Source: Octopus vulgaris | Lineage: Eukaryota | DNA: 64,000 bases | Assembly: GCA_951406725.2 (NCBI GenBank) | Contig: OX597819.1 | Coordinates: forward strand, 84,568,001-84,632,000 | Direction: 5' to 3' | Program-made: the position numbers and the translations under genes | The notes under the pieces: generated by a model | The model's input: only the letters and a program-made list of their open reading frames with translations | Told to the model about the DNA's origin: nothing | Databases searched by the model: none | Shown here: in pieces, positions 55,461 to 64,000 of the stretch | How positions within the stretch are numbered: the first letter of the stretch is position 1 | Layout of the letters: each line of letters opens with the position of its first letter

Positions 55461-55581
55461 AAAATACAATCAATATAAAATAAAGATGAAGCAAGTGAAT
55501 GCCAAATATATAATGCGTGTGTTTTTATTGGCTAAACTGGCAACATCTTGCAAAACGAATATGTAAACGAATGTATGTATA

Positions 55582-55632
<51 letters not shown>

Positions 55633-55939
55633 TCATCATCATCATCATCATCATCATTTAACGTCCGATTTCCTGCAAGCATGGGTTGGACTATATAGAT
55701 AAATATATATATATATATACATATGAAAGAAAAAGGTGTTCTGAATGCTGGATGGTTGTATATAAAAAAATATATTTATTTATTTACATATCACATATTA
55801 TTTCTTCAAATCACATATTTAATTACATATTTAAGTGCTTTCAACTACTACTGTAGTCTCATCAGAAATGTCAGTTTGTAGAGTTTTGCCTGTTTTAATA
55901 TTATTGGTGAATGAAGTGGGGAGAGAGAGAGAGAGAGAG

Positions 55940-55973
<34 letters not shown>

Positions 55974-56243
55974 ATGGGAAATAGAGGGGGAGAAGGTGAA
56001 AGAGAGAGAGAGAGGGTGGGTGATAGGGAAATAGAGGGATGGAAAAGGTGAAAGAAAGAGAATATGGGTGTGTTTTAAAAATGTATTTTTTCTCTTTTTT
56101 CTTTTTTTCTTTTTTTCCTTTTGGGTCCTTTTGTATTTTTTAGATGACCTTTGTAAGAAATGGAAAGAGAGAAGGAAAAAGAGGGTTTGTTTTTCAATAG
56201 TAGGAGTGTTGCTATGTACACACATATATCCTTACATATAAAT

Positions 56244-56293
<50 letters not shown>

Positions 56294-56589
56294 GGAGGAA
56301 CTTATTGAGTGTGTGTGTTTTCATAAACATTTATGCATACATATACTGTGTTCTTGAAAATGAGAAAGAAAGAAAGGGAAAAAATGAAATATAAAAATAA
56401 AGAAAATATTGTGTTCATTTTTTGCTTGCCATTCACTTGGGTTTCTAAAAGAACAGGTGGCTGACCATTCAATGTTTGATATACATGTACATACATAAAC
56501 ACATATCAATATATATACATATACATATGTGTATGAGTGTGTATGTGTCTGTGAGTGTGTGTGTGTGTGATTCTGCATTTGTTACATCT

Positions 56590-57106
56590 ATAAGGAGTAT
56601 AGTGAAGGATTCCGGGTAGAAGTAGGGGCTCACCAAGTATCAGTCCTCAGCCCCCTCTTACTCATCATAGTGCTCCAGACAATAACAGGAATTTAAGACA
56701 GGCTGCCCCTAGGAGCTCCTCTATGCTGATGACTTTGCTCTCATAGCTGAATCACTATGAGAACTAAAGAAGAAATTTCAGGTGTGGAAGCAAGGTTTAG
56801 AATCGAAGGGCCTTAGAGTCAATGTTGCAAAACCCAAAGTCCTAGTAAGTAGGAAGGCAAACAAATCCCAAACCCCTTCAAGTTGATGGCCCTGCTCAAT
56901 CTGTAGAAAACGTGCAGGTAGAAACTCCATAAGATGTACTCAGTGTAAGCTATGGACACATAAGATGTGCAGCAACATCAAAGGAAGGTTAACTGGGATG
57001 ATAGTTTTTGTGTGCAGCAGATGCACAAAGACAATAAACACCAAAGATGTTCAGAAAACAGATTCCATCATATGCCAGGGGAAGAAACTAGAAGTAGTTG
57101 ATAGCT
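56590..57106 (+). mobile_element. RTE reverse transcriptase fragment (YADD at 56722-56733) with embedded PHD-like finger
   Basis: VLSPLLLIIVLQ...ELLYADDFALIAES...GLRVNVAKPKVL...CSIC...CTQC...H..C...CSRC...KLEVVDS. Confidence 0.88.
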
Positions 57107-57156
57107 AGAATTTTATATATACATATGTATCTATACAGAGTTATATATATAAATAT

Positions 57157-57978
57157 ATTACATGGAAAAATATGAGCAAGAGAAATATTATCCTTAAGAT
57201 TATAAAGCTGGAAAAGTTCCGGATAAGTTATTACACATGGAAAAGTTCAGGATAAGTTATTATATCTGGTAAAGTACAGAACAAGAAAATTTTTACTTAG
57301 AATATTGCAGCTAAGGATAAAATTTCAAATAAAATATTTAGATTTAGAAAATATTAGCTTTTATTAAAACTAAAAATTTTACTACAAGTTATTACTTCTA
57401 TTTGTTATTATTTGTTATTTCTATTAAAAATGAAAAATAACTCAATCAAAATATATTTTGCACTTTTAAAAAATTCATTTTTTTAATTATTAATAATTGG
57501 TAATTTGAAAATTGGTTATAAAAAATAATAGTACATAATTAGTACAATATAGTAGTACATAATTAGTACAATAAATAGAATTATACAAAAATTAGTTATA
57601 TATTACAGTAAAATCTACCTATAACAACAAATTCACAGTAAAATTTGTTTGAGTTATTGCTAAGTCTTTATATTTTTAGTCTTGACCCAGTGCCAATCTC
57701 TTACATAATGAATTTGCCTACCATATATACTATTCTACTTTGCATAAAACTTTAGCTATATTGGTACTTCTGGCTCTCATTTTTAAAGTATTCTAGTGTG
57801 TCAATATTTTAACAAAATGATGGCACCTTTTTTTAATTATAATGTTACTTTGTAAATTAAAATCAAATGATTTTTAATATTCAAATTTTATCCTTAACTG
57901 GTAATAACTTTTCCTGTACTTTTCCAGGTTTATAATCTTAAGAATATTATTTATCATGCTCGCATTTCTCCATGTAAT
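57157..57978. mobile_element. Fold-back/MITE-like element with long imperfect terminal inverted repeats
   Basis: attacatggaaaaatatgagc...cttaagattataaagctggaaaagt... mirrored at 57870-57978; about 29-bp tandem units in the left arm; no TSD found. Confidence 0.65.
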
Positions 57979-58119
57979 CCATGTTTTCCCTAGGCTATGC
58001 TATTATGCTAATTAATAATGTGTCAATTAATAATTTAAGATTTTACCTTATTGAAAATTAAATAATAAATTTAATAAATTTCTAAATAATATTTTAATTT
58101 TTTTCCTCTTTGTGATTAA

Positions 58120-58161
<42 letters not shown>

Positions 58162-58225
58162 GAATTAAATTAAAAGTTTTAATATAAAAAATAAAAATAA
58201 GATTAGTAACTCCTCGACTTGAGGT

Positions 58226-58712
58226 CTATCATTTAAATTTAATTAAAATATAGTTTGTTTTTAAAATAAAAAGTTTATTATACTTAAATTCAATGTTTTG
58301 CCTTACTGAAAAATTTCTGTCAACGTAAACTACTATGGCTCTGTTTCTCATATCAGATATTACAGGACAGTTTTTACATGATATAATTGCATTAATTAAT
58401 ACAGATGACGTAATTAAACTAATTGCAAATTAGCAGTGTCGTTCATAATTTTTTCATAACCTCAATGATGCTGATGACATATATTAAAAGTCCCCTTATA
58501 GAGCTATATTCATAAAAAGTATAAAACTATATTACCACCCTCAAATTTGAGAAACAAACACTCATAACATTTTTCTGTTAAAACTTCACTATATGAGATT
58601 GATAACGTGAAATTCTTTGAATTGAGCTCTATCATTTAAGCTTAATTAAAATATAGTTTATTTTTTAAAATAAAGAAGTTAATTATACTTAAATCCAATT
58701 TTTTGCCTTACT
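58226..58712. repeat. About 85-bp direct repeat, copies about 400 bp apart
   Basis: tctatcatttaa..ttaattaaaatatagttt...ttttgccttact at about 58226 and 58628. Confidence 0.75.
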
Positions 58713-59109
58713 TATATATTTTTTCATGATATTTTACCTCACAACTTTTTTTATACAAATTTTTGTTGCATGGGACCAAAACTATGGAATTTCTCATGCT
58801 TTCTTCCATCATTGAAGCTAAGATAAATATAATTTGCTTTTGAAATTGAAAAGTTATTTAGATCTAAACTTGATTGGAGACGTTACTTACTCTCCTATAA
58901 CATTGCAACAGATTTTGATGTAAACTTTTTTCTATTGGACCAAATCTTAATTTTTTATGCCAAAATGTAGCTAGGGACCAGTCCTCTTCAAAAATGTTAA
59001 CAGTTTTTAATTTGGGTAAGAACTAAATTAGCAACAAAGCTCTGAAGATGCTGCATGTGAATAAATTGCAGCCTTAAGAATATATTTCAACTACCACCAT
59101 AGTTGAATG

Positions 59110-59149
<40 letters not shown>

Positions 59150-59675
59150 CCACAGAAGTATATATATATATATATATATAGATTCGAGCGAGGTCATTGC
59201 CAGTACCGCCTGACTGGCCCCCGTGCCGGTGGCCCGTAAAAAGCACCCACTACACTCTCGGAGTGATTGGCATTAGGAAGGGCATCCAGCTGTAGAAACT
59301 CTGCCAGACCAAGATTGGAGCCTGGTGCAGCCATCTGGCTCACCAGCCGTCAGTCAAAATTATCCAACCCATGCTAGCATGGAAAGCGGATGTTAAACGA
59401 TGTTGATGATGATATATATATATATGGCAAGCTTCCAGGCCATGCAATTTCCATCTGCCAAATTACTCACAAAGCATTGGGCAACTTGGGCTCTAGAAGA
59501 AGACACTTCACTCAGTTGAATAGGATCCAAAACCTTATAGTTGCAAAGTGAGCTTCTTAGTCACACAGTCATTCCTGTAACCTGCGGGCATGCCTGTAAC
59601 CTACAGGCATGACTGTGTATTATATAATTTCTTAATAAATTATTAGAGTTATCATGTGATAAAATATTACCTTAC

Positions 59676-59874
59676 CTGATTATGTCCCTTGGGATCAAGA
59701 GATGTGGGTAAAACTGTGGTAGAGTGATTCTCTTTTAGATTTACTGTTGTAGGATCGTTGAGCTTGATTGGGTAGTTGGTTAATTTTTCAATGACTACCT
59801 TCTCGGATTTGTCAATTATTCTTGCAGTAATGCCACCGAAATAAATCACATACTTTACCTCAGATTGAGAGACA
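59676..59874 (-). CDS. Same protein, exon B (phase 2 to 0): VSQSEVKYVIYFGGITARII...NHSTTVLPTSLDPKGHNQ
   Basis: aatttag acceptor, cag|gtaagg donor; open; S/T/P-rich end with N-H-S sequon. Confidence 0.75.
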
Positions 59875-60192
59875 CTAAATTTGATAAAAAAACAGAACAT
59901 ATATATCCATATATATGTGTATGTGTATGTACATATATACATATACACATAAAAAAAATAAACATTTCCTTCTCATGCCATTCCAGGCTCATAAGGACAG
60001 GTCACCGATCCATCACAGGATTACAATTTTTGTCAGCTGAGTGGACTGGAGCATCGTGAAAGTGTGTGTTTTGCTCAAGAACACCACACATCGCCTGGTT
60101 CAGGAATCGAAACCATGATCTTATGATCATGAGTCCAACACCTTAACCACTAAGCCACGTGCCTCCACTCATATACATACATACAAACATAC

Positions 60193-60233
<41 letters not shown>

Positions 60234-60380
60234 TAACAAGTAAAAGCGAGTAAAAGAGAGTATATATATATATATATATATATAGGGCAGTAGTTCATAT
60301 ATTGGCAGTAGCACATTCTAAAACATTAGAGCAGTAATATAATTATAATTATTTAAAGTTGGTTGTTTTGGCTGGTCAGG

Positions 60381-60423
60381 GAGAGAGAATTGGTTTCGCA
60401 CCTATAGGCAACTCATCAGACTC
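60381..60423 (-). ncRNA. Degenerate minimal hammerhead candidate
   Basis: gagt-CTGATGA-gttgcctataggtgc-GAAA-ccaat-TC-tctc; core intact, stems I and III imperfect; about 100 bp from (TA)n. Confidence 0.45.
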
Positions 60424-61245
60424 AAATGGTCAAAGGCACATAATGTCTCTATATAAACAGGGATAGAGACTAGCCAACTCCAAGGAACAGAAACCATCTT
60501 AGTAGTTGTGGAAATGGCAAATAGTGGGGACAGCATGCCTGTAGGCCAGAGGTTGGAACATGTCAGTTTTAGTAATTATAGGTAGAGATGTTAAACCAAG
60601 CACAGGGACTGATTTTATAGCAATACTAAATTTATAAGGGTATAATTCTGCATATGTATTTATTTATACCGAATACTTCATAATTCAACATAGTAGGAGC
60701 TTGACAGAGTCATTAAAGCAGGGGACAAAATAATTTTTAATATTTATTTGAGCTCTCTGTTTTGATTTCGAATCCCACTAAGGTCAATTTTGCATTTCAT
60801 TCTTTCAAGGTTGGTAAAATCCACGAAAATGGATTTGCTGACTTGTTAGAATTTCATGAGTTACTGCATGATATTTGTTCTTGTACTTTCCATCCAGACT
60901 TCTTGGGTGGTAGACTTAATGTGTTGCTTGATTTAACACTACTGTCTGGTTCTTAGAGTGCCTTTATCAGAATTCACTCAGTTGAGAACATCTGAGCCAG
61001 GTCCCAAGTTTGAGGATAATTTCCTTCTTTCTGCCTACAAGTTTTGAGATCTTGAAAAAGGAAAGGGTTATGGATGCTGCCCTTTCTTCTCTGACTACAC
61101 AGCAAAAAATGAAAAGCATTGTAGAAAGATAATAAAGGTATCTAGTAAATTAATAGAAGTATTAAAGTATCGTGTTAAAAAACAAAGCCTAACTAAATAA
61201 AATGTTGAAATACATCTCTAACAGGAATATACAGCAATCACCCAA

Positions 61246-61856
61246 TGTCATAATTCACTACAATATTACCTATATGATCAACAAAACCTAATCAATCACA
61301 ACTGTGCATGAAAAGAATATTACCTGAGTGACCAACAAGATCTGATCAATCAAGTCATGTTGAATAGGATCCAGTGACCATTTCGACTTTTGGTGTGCTC
61401 CTTTCTGAATCCTCAATCAGTATAAAATTGACACACCATGGCTACAAGAGAGCTTTAGGATGTAGCAGAGAGAGCATGAGAGACCATGGCAGATGGACAG
61501 CAAACAGACACAGGCAATGGCTGAACCAAGCTGACATCAACATAATGAACTACATAGCAACACAACAACTAGCAGTTGATCAAGAACAATAACATCCAAA
61601 CTCTCTCAACATTTGTTGTTCATAGTAACAACAGTATTTATCATTTGCTTGTTTATGAAAAGAACTAAAGTTTGTCAAAAATCTCAACAGGTTTCATTGT
61701 TTTCTTCTATGTACAATTGTTCACCTCCTACACTAGCAAACAGCAGTCAGCTCTATCACCAATAACAAGTAGACCTAGTAACAAATGGTGACCCAGCAAT
61801 CAGCTTCACAAGCACGAGTACAAGTGGCTTCAGAACACCAATACAAGTGGTGACCC
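61246..61856 (+). mobile_element. Possible LTR remnant with tRNA-Trp-type primer binding site
   Basis: ...taaca-aa-TGGTGACCC at 61786 and ...taca-ag-TGGTGACCC at 61848; TATAAAA at 61421; left boundary uncertain. Confidence 0.3.
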
Positions 61857-62010
61857 TGTCACTATACCAAGTACATATCCAATAAAAAAAATGATGTTCC
61901 TAAAGACCGAATTTTTTTTAGAAATTGTTTTTTACAACAATATTTTTTCAAGAGCAAAATAAAAAATAAAAAAAACATTCAAGGTAAGTTTTATATGAAT
62001 ATTAATTTAC

Positions 62011-62167
62011 CTGTTACTTGTATCTCCCATATAAGTTATTGCCATGACAATATCAAGATGGCATTTATCCACACTGAAATATATTTGAAATATATTTAGG
62101 ATGTCCTCTGCAAGATTAAAAGCTGCATGCTGTGAAAGACTTGCCAAAAGAAAAAATGTATTTATAT
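62011..62167 (-). CDS. Uncharacterised single-pass membrane protein, exon A (phase 1 to 2): INTFFLLASLSQHAAFNLAEDILNIFQIYFSVDKCHLDIVMAITYMGDTSNS
   Basis: T-rich tract + tttgtag acceptor, ag|gtaaat donor; open; phase fits exon B. Confidence 0.72.
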
Positions 62168-62380
62168 CTACAAATAAAAAATAAAAACAAAAATTCATAT
62201 CAGTCTCTTGTTGAAAGCACAAATTTTTACATTTACAGTTGAAAATATTTCCAATATTACTAGAATTGTGTTGTATGTCATTTATATTATGTAAAAATGT
62301 GTGAATATATAATCTCTCTTTCTTCCTCTGTCTCTCTGTCTTTGTCTGTCTATCTGTTTTTCTCTCTCCCTCTCTCTCTC

Positions 62381-62417
<37 letters not shown>

Positions 62418-62424
<7 letters not shown>

Positions 62425-62738
62425 ACAAAAATAAGGGCAAAAGAAAAATTCTAATGCCAAATATGCCGAAAAAAAGACAAAAATTGTCAATAACCATTAT
62501 AATTTATGCGTCTCGAAACAAACCGATAGAAATTTCTAAAAAATCCGTTATTACCGTATTGGTCCCAATTTTGGGGTTAATTCATAAATTGGGACCAATA
62601 GGGTAATAACGGATTTTTTAGAAATTTCTATCGGTTTGTTTCAAGACGCATAAATTATAATGGTTATTGACAATTTTTGTCTTTTTTTGGCATATTTGGC
62701 ATTAGAATTTTTCTTTTGCCCTTATTTTTGTAAATTAT
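62418..62738. repeat. Near-perfect inverted repeat (about 153-bp arms, 14-bp spacer) plus 88-bp tail, between (TA)n runs
   Basis: ataatttacaaaaataagggc...attggtcccaattt mirrored by aaattgggaccaat...gcccttatttttgtaaattat. Confidence 0.96.
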
Positions 62739-62825
62739 TTATAAATTTAACCTTTAAAGGTAATTTTTGATATGCTGGCCATTGATAAAAAAATTTTTCC
62801 CGAAAAAAATTTTATCCTACATTAG

Positions 62826-62865
<40 letters not shown>

Positions 62866-62870
<5 letters not shown>

Positions 62871-63824
62871 AAACTGAGAATGTGTGTGTGTCTGTCTGTT
62901 TGTCTGTGTGTTTCCCTAAAACTTGAGAACTACACAACCAATTTCATTCAAATTTTACACATGCCTTACTTAGGGTCCATGTAGTTTCATGGGCAAAAAA
63001 AATATGTTCAACTTCTTGCCTAGAGCGAGCCCATAGCAATATCATATCTTTTCCACTATTTCAGTATTACGTGTTAAAAGTGAAACAAAAATATTTCTCT
63101 ATTTTATGTCAGATGCTTTCACTTTAACAATAAAAATCATCATCATCATCATTTAGCGTCCGCTTTCCATGCTAGCATGGGTTGGACGGTTCAACTGGGG
63201 TCTGTGAAGCCAGAAGGCTGCATCAGGCCCAGTCTGATCTGGCAGTGTTTCTACGGCTGGATGCCCTTCCTAACGCCAACCACTCCATGAGTGTAGTGGG
63301 TGCTTTTTATGTGCCACCCGCACAGGTGCCTGACGGAGCTGGCAGATGGCCACGGACGGATGGTGCTTTTTATGTGCCACCGGCATGGGGGCCAGGCGAG
63401 GCTGGAATTATATGTAGTAAGTAATAATTAAAATCAAACAAAAGTAAAAATAGTAATTGGTATAAAATTGCATCAACGATTTGAACTTGAATAAGTGGTT
63501 TCACATGAATGGGAATTAAATTAAAAATAAAATTAGCGTGCAGAAATGGAATAGCCCAGATGGATAATTAAAAAAATTAAATTAAAGAAAAGACTATTGT
63601 CTATAAAGTATACAATGTAGAGAAAAAAGAAGAGCTAAAAATTCCAGTCTGTTATATATTTTGAATATTGTTATCACTAGCGATATCAAGATATAACTTT
63701 GTATTTTGCATTTTATGTGTAGATGTATATATATATAGATGTATATGTAATATGTACACATATATATACACATATATACATGCACTAGCACTATGACCCG
63801 GCAACGATGGGTCTTTAATGCTAG
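62866..63824 (+). mobile_element. Non-autonomous Helitron-like element, interrupted by an RTE 3' end at 63138-63400
   Basis: 5' tatataaaa followed by (GTCT)-type microsatellite; 3' hairpin gaccc...gggtc followed by CTAG|T at 63821-63825; joining the two ends is inference. Confidence 0.5.
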
Positions 63825-64000
63825 TATATATATATATGAAAGACAGAAGATGGAATATATAAGAATTTTTATTAATCATGACGATTGTTTCGACACATCT
63901 AGCATCAATCCCTCATGGGTGGGACACTTAACAATTGCTTCAGGAGTATCTGTCAGTGCAGATGTGTCTCATCGGGGGTGATAAATAGATGCAACTCATT

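Noticed and set aside
63793-64000. Next upstream exon of the minus-strand gene or 62-aa plus-strand ORF
   Set aside because: No convincing phase-1 donor on -; the ORF starts inside a Helitron-like end and TA run.

Overview
AT-rich, microsatellite- and retroposon-dense eukaryotic DNA. The repeat families suggest an octopus or other cephalopod (inference). Two convergent spliced genes can be assembled by hand with consistent GT-AG boundaries and intron phases. (1) On + strand, the last 18 coding exons (3546-31397, about 1217 codons) of WDR7/rabconnectin-3 beta; its 5' exons lie upstream of the window. (2) On - strand, the last 4 coding exons (62167-48979) of an unrecognised single-pass membrane protein with a possible SEA-like module, S/T-rich stalk, TM helix and acidic tail. 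The rest is repeats: tRNA-derived SINEs, RTE LINE fragments and 3' ends, R4/Dong-like and CR1-like fragments, hAT and piggyBac-like elements, a Helitron-like element and Penelope-like (GIY-YIG) remnants. The most striking non-genic pattern is a set of sequence-unrelated fold-back inserts (arm-spacer-arm-tail) in or beside (TA)n/(CA)n microsatellites, plus several minimal type-I hammerhead ribozyme motifs, two of them downstream of Penelope-like coding remnants. Most ORFs in the supplied track are microsatellite or SINE artefacts. All homology calls are from memory of the families; no search was run, and repeat boundaries are approximate.
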